A stretch of 64,000 nt of DNA from Octopus sinensis (Eukaryota): NCBI RefSeq assembly GCF_006345805.1, contig NC_043006.1:87172001-87236000 (forward strand), read 5' to 3'. The first letter of the stretch is position 1. Each line of letters begins with the position of its first letter. Position numbers and translations under genes: made by a program. The notes under the pieces are model-generated. The model was not told the DNA's origin. It searched no databases and saw nothing but the letters and a program-made list of their open reading frames with translations. This document shows, piece after piece, positions 12,512 to 23,849 of this stretch.

Positions 12512-12546
12512 GTAATTACCGGTTTCGTGTTAACTTTTCAAATTTC
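12512..12546 (-). ncRNA. Solitary minimal hammerhead fold (U3-A8) in a PLE-end remnant
   Basis: Minus strand: AAT-TTGAAAA-GT(TAAC)AC-GAAA-CCGG-TA|ATT. Confidence 0.55.
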
Positions 12547-12983
12547 TCAAATGTCTTTATCTACATCGTGTTATGTATATATATATATATATACACACAC
12601 ATATATACACAAAATCTCTACACAACTGCACAATATGTATATATACATAACCATATACATTCAATTTCTAAACACCCATAAAATATATATACACCATATA
12701 TTCAATACCTATACTGCTATATACAAACATAAATACACTCAATAACCACTCAAGTATACACACACATCACATATAGAGGTAAATACTACATATATTTCAA
12801 GAGCACATTGTTCTCCAACCAAAACAAACATTTACACATACTTAAATGTAATTCATTTATTTATGTCTAAACCGAACTGTTTAATGTATCAAATTTACAA
12901 AATATTCACACATTTGTAAAAATATAAAGTATCTTTTTTTAAAGTGTATTACATATCACAGACCATTTATATATATATATATA

Positions 12984-13311
12984 TTACTCTTTTGCTCTTT
13001 TACTTGTTTCAGTCATTTGACTGTGGCCATGCTGGAGCACCGCCTTTAGTCGAGCAAATCGACCCCGTGAATTATTCTTTGTAAGCCCAGTACTTATTCT
13101 ATCAGTCTCTTTTGCCGAACCGCTAAGTGACGGGGACATAAACACACCAGCATCGGTTGTCAAGCAATGCTAGGGAGACAAACACAGACACACAAACACG
13201 TACACACACATACATATATATATATACGACAGGCTTCTTTCAGTTTCCATCTACCAAACCCACACACAAGGTATTGGTCGGCCCGGGGCTATAGCAGAAG
13301 ACACTTGCCCA
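12984..13311 (-). mobile_element. SINE family A, 5'-truncated
   Basis: Homologous to 22165-22580. Confidence 0.8.
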
Positions 13312-13969
13312 AATATAATGTAGAACATAATTAGACACTAGTAAATACTTGGTATTGGTTCAAAATCTATTATAAGATATATATTTAATTGTACTTTCGT
13401 ATATAACATATGGCTACATTACATATAAATATGTTGTGGTAAAATGCAGAAGTATGCAACCGGTGCAATTAATCTATACTACAGGTGCAGGTATGACTAT
13501 GTGGTTAGGAAATTTGCCTTGCGACCATGTTTCTAGGTTCAGTCCTATCATGCAGCGTTTTGACCAAGTGTCTTCTTCAGCCAAGAACCGGCCAATGTCT
13601 TGTAAATGAATTTAATGATTGGAAGTAATTTCTAATGTTTCTAGTGCTGATCTCTACCTGTTGAGGGAACCTGTGGAAAAGGTAAACTCAGGAAGAAAAG
13701 GTAAACTCAGGTGATGAAATATGAGGTGATGACAAGTTACTGAGACTTGGCAATTTACTGTGTTTGAGAAGACACGACAAGCTAAGTGAAATCGTAATCA
13801 TGGTTACTGCTGGTGATTTCTTTTTAATATACACAATAATTTATTTTCATTATTTTCATTCTATACCACACATAACTGTCAAATCATAAGTAAATTTAAA
13901 TATAGCTATGCTGCCCCATTGGATGCTTATTGATTTATATATATATATATATATGCTATATATATATGC

Positions 13970-14002
<33 letters not shown>

Positions 14003-14003
14003 T

Positions 14004-14007
<4 letters not shown>

Positions 14008-14072
<65 letters not shown>

Positions 14073-14075
14073 TAA

Positions 14076-14160
<85 letters not shown>

Positions 14161-14190
14161 TAGATAGATAGATAGATAGATAGATGGATA
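14008..14190. repeat. (GATA)n/(GACA)n tetranucleotide microsatellite
   Basis: Direct reading. Confidence 0.95.
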
Positions 14191-14784
14191 TTACATTTTA
14201 CTTCTTATGATAAATGCTTTGTGGGGAATGTATATCACTTAATTACTTATCTTCATATAAAGAGAATGTTTCTAAAACATTTTTTGCTTATATTTCCAAA
14301 TATTTGTTAGCCATGTCAGTTCATACACAACTAGACTCAACACTACCAAAGTATGTTTTTACCTTTCATCTTTCATAATCGTATTATGAATATATGAACA
14401 TATTATATGACTCTCACTCCATGTTATAACAATATAATATTCTTCTGATGCATTCTTTTTGATGCATTCTTTTCCACACTGAGGAGAATAGTAATATGTA
14501 ATTAATTTAATTATAATTATAATTTATATATTAAAAAAATTTTTCCATCTTTCTTACATGTTAATATTACAGCTCGAAACGATTGTATCCATGGATTAAA
14601 ATTTCACAAAATTTTCAACACCTTCTCTTCTCCATCTTTAATTGTTTGTTGAGTTGTGTTCTATAAATGCTCAGAACACACCTTACACTTGTTACATTTT
14701 CGTTTTCGAAAATACATAGAATAATAATCTACTAATTTCATATGAAGAATCTTTATTAGAAATCAAACTTTGGAACCCACCCAT

Positions 14785-14837
<53 letters not shown>

Positions 14838-14939
14838 AGATAAATATATATATATAAATAAAATAAATATTATATATTTATTTATATTTTTATATCTTAT
14901 CTAGTTTCAGCTCATGAGCTGTGGACCTCTGAAGCCCAG

Positions 14940-15418
14940 GCTATCACAGTATCTTGTCCTACATCTTAATGGCAAATTTGAAGTCCTTGGCACTATGCAG
15001 TGGCACCCAGTTCTAGTATTTGTGTAACTCTCAATGCCAAAGTTGGGACAAGTCCTTCCAGGATCTTCCAGATGTATATTATGGCATATCTTTCTCACCT
15101 AGGCTCTAAGAAATAGAGTTTTAATCTCTTGAGTCTTTCTTGATAGCTTATATGCTGCACAGAGGCTATCTTCTTCATGTAGCTTTGTTGGATCGCCTCA
15201 TGTTCTGTGATTAATTTGACACTGGATGGTGACCATAGCTGAGAGCAATAGTCAAAGTGGCTTAGGGCAAGTGTCCTCCAGAGGATCATCATGGTTTCCT
15301 GGTCTCTTGTTCTAAAGGGTCTAAGAATCGATCCGGTCAGCCGCCTACATTTCATTGCCAATTTAGCAACATGCACATGAAAGGTTGCATCATTACTCAT
15401 GTAAATACCCAGGTTTCG
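14940..15418 (-). mobile_element. CR1/L2-type LINE RT C-terminal fragment
   Basis: ...[33 protein letters not shown]...[11 protein letters not shown]...[15 protein letters not shown] matches the CR1/L2 C-terminal pattern. Confidence 0.8.
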
Positions 15419-15420
15419 CA

Positions 15421-15845
<425 letters not shown>

Positions 15846-17857
15846 ATAATTAATCAATATAGGGAGGCAAAAAAAATTTTGTAGAATTCTTTTGCCCCCA
15901 GCGGCCTAGTGGGAAAAAATTAAATAGTCGTAAACCATTTTTAAGTTCAATATCACAATCAAGGAACGGCCATAATAGGCCATTCACCCACTAGAAATAA
16001 CAGCCAAAAAGCTTCAACCGCAAAATAACATTAATTCCGTAAATCAGGAGAAAATTAAAAAACATTTACCCTGAAATTCCTTATACGATGCACCGTTTCT
16101 TCTACTGTTTAATGGTAAACTAACGTGATTAAATTAAATCAAGCCAATCTACCATAGGCCCTTAGATTCATCAGTAAGGATAGCCAAATCGGAACAGATA
16201 TTTTTCACGAGGCATTCTCGTCCATGCTCGCCAATATCTGACCTAAAATTTTCAAATCGTCGCACTCGCGCCAAATTTATCGGCAGCAAATAAATATAAG
16301 CCGCCGATTCCATTACGGAACCAACCAGAAAATTCATAATTAATCAATATAGGGAGGCAAAAAAAATTTTGTAGAATTCTTTTGCCCCAGCGGCCTAGTG
16401 GGAAAAAATTAAATAGTCGTAAACCATTTTTAAGTTCAATATCACAATCAAGGAACGGCCATAATAGGCCATTCACCACTAGAAATAACAGCCAAAAAGC
16501 TTCAACCGCAAAATAACATTAATTCCGTAAATCAGGAGAAAATTAAAAAACATTTACCCTGAAATTCCTTATACGATGCACCGTTTCTTCTACTGTTTAA
16601 TGGTAAACTAACGTGATTAAATTAAATCAAGCCAATCTACCATAGGCCCTTAGATTCATCAGTAAGGAATAGCCAAATCGGAACAGATATTTTTCACGAG
16701 GCATTCTCGTCCATGCCTCGCCAATATCTGACCTAAAATTTTCAAATCGTCGCACTCGCGCCAAATTTATCGGCAGCAAATAAATATAAGCCGCCGATTC
16801 CATTACGGAACCAACCAGAAAATTCATAATTAATCAATATAGGGAGGCAAAAAAATTTTGTAGAATTTTTTGCCCCCAGCGGCCTAGTGGGAAAAAATTA
16901 AATAGTCGTAAACCATTTTTAAGTTCAATATCACAATCAAGGAACGGCCATAATAGGCCATTCACCCACTAGAAATAACAGCCAAAAAGCTTCAACCGCA
17001 AAATAAATTAATTCCGTAAATCAGGAAAAATTAAAAAACATTTACCCTGAAATTCCTTATACGATGCACCGTTTCTTCTACTGTTAATGGTAAACTAACG
17101 TGATTAATTAAATCAAGCCAATCTACCATAGCCCTTAGATTCATCAGTAAGGAATAGCCAAATCGGAACAGATATTTTTCACGAGGCATTCTCGTCCATG
17201 CCTCGCCAATATCTGACCTAAAATTTTCAAATCGTCGCACTCGCGCCAAATTTATCGGCAGCAAATAAATATAAGCCGCCGATTCCATTACGGAACCAAC
17301 CAGAAAATTCCTAATTAATCAATATAGGGAGGCAAAAAAAATTTGGTAGAATCTTTTGCCCCCAGCGGCCTAGTGGGAAAAAATTAAATAGTCGTAAACC
17401 ATTTTTAAGTTCAATATCACAATCAAGGAACGGCCATAATAGGCCATTCACCCACTAGAAATAACAGCCAAAAAGCTTCAACCGCAAAATAACATTAATT
17501 CCGTAAATCAGGAGAAAATTAAAAAACATTTACCCTGAAATTCCTTATACGATGCACCGTTTCTTCTACTGTTAATGGTAACTAACGTGATTAAATTAAA
17601 TCAAGCCAATCTACCATAGGCCCTTAGATCATCAGTAAGGAATAGCCAATCGGAACAGATATTTTTCACGAGGCATTCTCGTCCATGCCTCGCCAATATC
17701 TGACCTAAAATTTTCAAATCGTCGCACTCGCGCCAATTTATCGCAGCAAATAAATATAAGCCGCCGATTCCATTACGGAACCAACAGAAAATTCATAATT
17801 AATCAATATAGGGAGGCAAAAAAAATTTTGTAGAATTCTTTTGCCCCCAGCGGCCTA
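15846..17857 (-). repeat. Left arm of ~492-bp HHR tandem array (about 4.1 units, minus sense)
   Basis: Near-identical units; HHR folds at 16076-16181, 16564-16670, 17052-17155 and 17540-17643. Confidence 0.95.
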
Positions 17858-18297
17858 TATTTATTTGCTGCCGATAAATTTGGCGCGAGTGCGACGATTT
17901 GAAAATTTTAGGTCAGATATTGGCGAGGCATGGACGAGAATGCCTGATTTACGGAATTAATGTTATTTTGCGGTTGAAGCTTTTTGGCTGTTATTTCTAG
18001 TGGGTGAATGGCCTATTATGGCCGTTCCTTGATTGTGATATTGAACTAAAAATGGTTTACGACTTTTAATTTTTTCCCACTAGGCCGCTGGGGGCAAAAG
18101 AATTCTACAAAATTTTTTTGCCTCCCTATATTGATTAATTATGAATTTTCTGGTTGGTTCCGTAATGGAATCGGCGGCTTATATTTATTTGCTGCCGATA
18201 AATTTGGCGCGAGTGCGACGATTTGAAAATTTTAGGTCAGATATTGGCGAGGCATGGACGAGAATGCCTCGTGAAAAATATCTGTTCCGATTTGGCT

Positions 18298-18404
18298 ATT
18301 CCTTACTGATGAATCTAAGGGCCTATGGTAGATTGGCTTGATTTAATTTAATCACGTTAGTTTACCATTAAACAGTAGAAGAAACGGTGCATCGTATAAG
18401 GAAT
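18298..18404 (+). ncRNA. Type I hammerhead ribozyme with 68-nt stem II (representative of 8 copies)
   Basis: ATTCCTTA-CTGATGA-[68 nt]-GAAA-CGGTGCATCG-TA|TAAGGAAT; 8-bp stem I; stem III A-U, C-G, G-C, G.U with UGCA loop; predicted cleavage after A18396. Confidence 0.75.
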
Positions 18405-19770
18405 TTCAGGGTAAATGTTTTTTAATTTTCTCCTGATTTACGGAATTAATGTTATTTTGCGGTTGAAGCTTTTTGGCTGTTATTTCTAGTGGGTGAATGG
18501 CCTATTATGGCCGTTCCTTGATTGTGATATTGAACTTAAAAATGGTTTACGACTATTTAATTTTTTCCCACTAGGCCGCTGGGGGCAAAAGAATTCTACA
18601 AAATTTTTTTTGCCTCCCTATATTGATTAATTATGAATTTTCTGGTTGGTTCCGTAATGGAATCGGCGGCTTATATTTATTTGCTGCCGATAAATTTGGC
18701 GCGAGTGCGACGATTTGAAAATTTTAGGTCAGATATTGGCGAGGCATGGACGAGAATGCCTCGTGAAAAATATCTGTTCCGATTTGGCTATTCCTTACTG
18801 ATGAATCTAAGGGCCTATGGTAGATTGGCTTGATTTAATTTAATCACGTTAGTTTACCATTAAACAGTAGAAGAACGGTGCATCGTATAAGGAATTTCAG
18901 GGTAAATGTTTTTTAATTTTCTCCTGATTTACGGAATTAATGTTATTTTGCGGTTGAAGCTTTTTGGCTGTTATTTCTAGTGGGTGAATGGCCTATTATG
19001 GCCGTTCCTTGATTGTGATATTGAACTTAAAAATGGTTTACGACTATTTAATTTTTTCCCACTAGGCCGCTGGGGGCAAAAGAATTCTACAAAATTTTTT
19101 TTGCCTCCCTATATTGATTAATTATGAATTTTCTGGTTGGTTCCGTAATGGAATCGGCGGCTTATATTTATTTGCTGCCGATAAATTTGGCGCGAGTGCG
19201 ACGATTTGAAAATTTTAGGTCAGATATTGGCGAGGCATGGACGAGAATGCCTCGTGAAAAATATCTGTTCCGATTTGGCTATTCCTTACTGATGAATCTA
19301 AGGGCCTATGGTAGATTGGCTTGATTTAATTTAATCACGTTAGTTTACCATTAAACAGTAGAAGAAACGGTGCATCGTATAAGAATTTCAGGGTAAATGT
19401 TTTTTAATTTTCTCCTGATTTACGGAATTAATGTTATTTTGCGGTTGAAGCTTTTTGGCTGTTATTTCTAGTGGTGAATGGCCTATTATGGCCGTTCCTT
19501 GATTGTGATATTGAACTTAAAAATGGTTTACGACTATTTAATTTTTTCCCACTAGGCCGCTGGGGGCAAAAGAATTCTACAAAATTTTTTTTGCCTCCCT
19601 ATATTGATTAATTATGAATTTTCTGGTTGGTTCCGTAATGGAATCGGCGGCTTATATTTATTTGCTGCCGATAAATTTGGCGCGAGTGCGACGATTTGAA
19701 AATTTTAGGTCAGATATTGGCGAGGCATGGACGAGAATGCCTCGTGAAAAATATCTGTTCCGATTTGGCT

Positions 19771-19877
19771 ATTCCTTACTGATGAATCTAAGGGCCTATG
19801 GTAGATTGGCTTGATTTAATTTAATCACGTTAGTTTACCATTAAACAGTAGAAGAAACGGTGCATCGTATAAGGAAT
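19771..19877 (+). ncRNA. Type I hammerhead ribozyme (intact last copy of the array)
   Basis: Identical fold; predicted cleavage after A19869. Confidence 0.75.
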
Positions 19878-20096
19878 TTCAGGGTAAATGTTTTTTAATT
19901 TTCTCCTGATTTACGGAATTAATGTTATTTTGCGGTTGAAGCTTTTTGGCTGTTATTTCTAGTGGGTGAATGGCCTATTATGGCCGTTCCTTGATTGTGA
20001 TATATACATATATATATATATATAGATATACATATATATATATACATATATATAATTAAATAACTATACATACATATGAATATATATATATATATT

Positions 20097-20402
20097 ACTG
20101 TGATCACCGTGACTGACCAGGCTATCAGATGTTGCTACACATCGCTGGTCACAATGCGCTTCGCATTGTTTTACCCTTCAAATGACACCACCCTGCTGGC
20201 TAAGCGAGCAGGCCAACAGAAGAAAGAGTTAGGGAAAGTTGTGGCGAAAGAGTACAGCAGGGATCGCCACCCTACTTGCCAGAGCCGCGTGGAGCTTTAG
20301 GTGTTTTCGCTCAATAAACACTCACAATGCCTGGTCTGGGAATCGAAATCGCGATCCTATGACTGCAAGTCTGCTACCCTAACCACTGGGCCATTGTGCC
20401 TC

Positions 20403-20403
<1 letters not shown>
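20097..20403 (-). mobile_element. tRNA-derived SINE, family C
   Basis: Minus-strand head GGAGGCACAATGGCCCAGTGGTTAGG...TTCGATTCC has Pol III A/B boxes; second copy at 54466-54772. Confidence 0.85.
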
Positions 20404-20434
<31 letters not shown>

Positions 20435-20521
20435 ATATATATATATATAAATATATATATAATATATATATACATATACATATATAAATACACATACATA
20501 TAGAAATATATATATATATAA

Positions 20522-20558
<37 letters not shown>

Positions 20559-20629
20559 CATACATAACCTCTCTCTCCCTCTCTCTCTCTCTCGCTTTTT
20601 CTATGTCAGTCACTCACACATTCACTCAC

Positions 20630-21290
20630 TATAAAATGTGAATAAAAAATTTCAGTTATCTGTCTCTTTCTTTCTCTCTCTCTCTCTCGCACACACACAC
20701 TCTCTTTCTGTCTGTCTTTCTCTCTCTCTCTCACACACATACACTCTCTCTCTCTCTCTCTCTCATACACACACACACGCATGCACACACATCAAACCTT
20801 CCGCTCACACCAACTTCAACAGAACTTCACTCATACAATTGCACTCGCTCTGTCTCTTTCGCTTTCATGTCGACTTCAAAAGATCCCCTTCCCACCTAAC
20901 CCCATATTAAAAAAATTAAAATTTTTTTACGGAAACTGACAAGGATCTTCAGAAATGTAAATTAACACATGAGGTTTATAAGTGGTTGGTAAGTGACAGT
21001 CGTGTGTTCCCATATCAAAAGATCGCCCAATGTTTTAATGATTAGACAGAGGTCCAGTAGAATAGCTCTCAGAATCAGACTTTGTACAAATTCATTTCTC
21101 ACAACTCCTGAAGCTATTTTCTGACTAGGTAGGGGGGTGGTCAAGAAATTTTCATAAAGCTGAAGGCTCCATTCGAAACAGGGGACCCGAAATGATAAGG
21201 TTGAGAAATGCTGTTATAGATTATGCCTGACTGAAAACGATCACAGCCACATCATCCAAACTGACCGGATGAAACCGGGCTTAGCTGCTA

Positions 21291-21292
<2 letters not shown>
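20630..21292 (-). mobile_element. Possible non-autonomous Helitron/Helentron-like element
   Basis: Minus-strand start ACTAGCAGCTAAGCCCGGTTTCATCCGG next to (TA)n, with subterminal (GA)/(GT) microsatellite; this resembles HINE/Lep1 architecture. Confidence 0.35.
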
Positions 21293-21326
<34 letters not shown>

Positions 21327-21591
21327 AAATATTTAAAGAAATATATATATATAAACAGATATATATATAGATATAAATGCATATATATATCTGTATAGAT
21401 ATATACCTATATATATATTCAATAAAAATGGTAAATAATTTTCTGTGGTTTTTCATGTAACCAACAATTATTTAACAGCCTGCTGCTAGCCATCTTATTT
21501 TCTTTACTATATATATATTCATATATATATATACATATGTATAGATATATACATAAAGATATATATATATATATATGAATATATATATATG

Positions 21592-21645
<54 letters not shown>

Positions 21646-21742
21646 CCTATACATATATATGTATATGTATATGTAATATATATATATGTATATATATGAA
21701 TATATATATATATGTATATATATCTGTATATATACATATATA

Positions 21743-21775
<33 letters not shown>

Positions 21776-21842
21776 TATATATATATTACGAAGATGTACT
21801 TGCATAGCAAGTGACCTGATCTGATATCTTGTGCTTAAAAAT

Positions 21843-22125
21843 ACAATTGCATCAGGAAAGGTGTTAATATGCCATTTAAAAACTCACATAAACCGTTAGA
21901 TTCACTTCAACATTTAATTTTAATTTGCAAAAATATTTTCTTCACTTTGAGACCACAACCTGTTTACTGACAAATTCTGTGCAGCATGGAAGTTTATCAG
22001 TCAATAGGTCACGGTCTCAAAGCGATGAAAATATTTTGGCAAACTAAATCTAAATGTTGAAGTTAATCTAATGCTTTTTGCATGTTTTTAAATGGCTTAT
22101 TAACACCTTCCATGCTGAAATTGTT
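21843..22125. repeat. ~280-bp imperfect palindrome (fold-back of a PLE-like end)
   Basis: Arms align base by base around a centre near 21983, e.g. AAGGTGTTAA/TTAACACCTT and TTTGAGACC/GGTCTCAAA. Confidence 0.85.
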
Positions 22126-22164
22126 TGTGTTTGTATATATATATATAACAGGACATAACTCAAC

Positions 22165-22332
22165 GCAGGAGTGGCTGTGTGGTAAGTAGCTTGCTAACCA
22201 ACCATATGGTTCTGGGTTCAGTCCCACTGCATGGCATCTTGGGCAAGTGTCTTCTGCTATAGCCCCGGGCCGACCAATGCCTTGTGAGTGGATTTGGTAG
22301 ACGGAAACTGAAAGAAGCCTGTCGTATATATG

Positions 22333-22367
<35 letters not shown>

Positions 22368-22580
22368 TTGTGTGTCTGTGTTTGTTCCCCTAGCATTGCT
22401 TGACAACCGATATTGGTGTGTTTACGTCCCCATCACTTAGCGGTTCGGCAAAAAAGAGACCGATAGAATAAGGGCTTACAAAAGAATAAGTCCTGTGATC
22501 GAGTTGCTTGATTAAAGGCGGTGCTCCAGCATGGCGGCAGTCAAATGATTGAAGCAAGTAAAAGAGTAAAAGAGAAAGAG
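22165..22580 (+). mobile_element. SINE family A, near full length
   Basis: tRNA-like head (GTGGCTGTGTGGTAAG...GGGTTCAGTCCC), central CTTGGGCAAGTGTC domain, internal microsatellite and AAAAGAGT tail. Confidence 0.85.
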
Positions 22581-22749
22581 TAACTCAGCAAATAATACTT
22601 CCACAATTCTTAATTTTATGATATATTTTTATTAACATGCAACAGTATCTATGGAAACATGTTGATTGTAATAATGGACTAAGCAGATGTACTTCAAGAA
22701 GAAACAGCTGAGATTTACCCAAATCACCTATATTATATGTATGTATTTC

Positions 22750-22920
22750 ATCTGTCGTTACGTTCGGAGTTCGAATTCCGCCGAGGTCGACTTTGCCTTT
22801 CATCCTTTCGGTGTCAATAAATTAAGTACCAGTTATGTACTAGGGTCAATGTAATCAACTTAATCCTTTTGTCTGTCCTTGTTTGTACCCTCTATGTTTA
22901 GCCCCTTGTGGGTAGTTAAG
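22750..22920 (+). mobile_element. SINE family D fragment
   Basis: GAGTTCGAATTCCGCCGAGGTCGACTTTGCCTTTCATCC; related copies at about 33660-34040 (+) and 41340-41540 (-). Confidence 0.65.
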
Positions 22921-22960
<40 letters not shown>

Positions 22961-23315
22961 ATGATAGTATCAAATAGTGAGAATGAGTGTTCAAACCTGC
23001 ATTTGGCAGATAGGCATTCTTTATTTGTGGATTAACAATGCTGAATGATCAGAATTTTAGGAAATTCCCTTCAAGAATTTTGGTAATCCATTTTTATGTT
23101 GGGTGATACTATGTGAAATGACATGAGTTAAAATGAGATCTCAAAATATTTCTCTGGTGTGATGCTTTATAACCTGTGTCAAGCACCAAGGGTGCAATCT
23201 ACAAGAGGTACTCTAAAGCCTACTTCACCTGGCCCTTTCTGGTTAACTGTGATCAGTGAGGGCGATACCTACATAGTCAGAATAAGATATAATGTAAAGA
23301 TTTCGAACATGGAAC

Positions 23316-23348
<33 letters not shown>

Positions 23349-23849
23349 CACACATTTATATGCATACTCATATATGCAAACATAAATGCCCACAAAGGTA
23401 CATAATGAAGAGTCAGAAAATTCCAACTGAGTTGGATCATATAAGATAAAAAGAAAATGCATTGAAATTTTTGTGATAAAACTTACCCTTTTTAAAAGAT
23501 GATCATGACTTTGTAATTATTGATGTTACAATTTCATAATGAGATGCTGACTGGGACAGTGTGGTAATAAATGAATCTTGTTAGCAGTAATAGAAGAGGT
23601 GATAAATTTGAGCTTATTAATTAATATTAAATATAGATTAAATTTTATATGCATATTTAAATAGGCTATTATTTTGAAATGAATGCAAATTCTTTATAAC
23701 ACGACCATTGTTTAGATGTTTTATTAGTAGACTGAGATAAAGGGAAAATCTTATAATTTGGTTGATGATTACCAGCACATGTAACTACATGTTCACAAAG
23801 AGATATTTGGCTGTAGCTGGGAAAACGAATTTGCTATCTATAAAATATT

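Larger units (their letters stand above)
17850..20003 (+). repeat. Right arm of ~492-bp HHR tandem array (plus sense; first unit partial and internally deleted)
   Basis: CTGATGA at 18306, 18798, 19289 and 19779 (spacing 492/491/490; differences are homopolymer indels); ends in (TA)n. Confidence 0.95.

Noticed and set aside
15846-20003. Array as CRISPR, rDNA, 5S or histone repeat, or a Pol III unit
   Set aside because: No repeat-spacer pattern, no rRNA/tRNA/histone similarity, no A/B boxes, and many internal T-runs.
15846-20003. Endless ORF on a 492-nt (3n) circle
   Set aside because: The only sizeable ORF terminates and the AT-rich unit contains many TAA/TGA codons; no stop-free frame was evident, though this was not exhaustively computed.
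20340-20403. tRNA gene (also ~52490, 54710-54772)
   Set aside because: tRNA-like heads are followed by SINE bodies; no complete cloverleaf.
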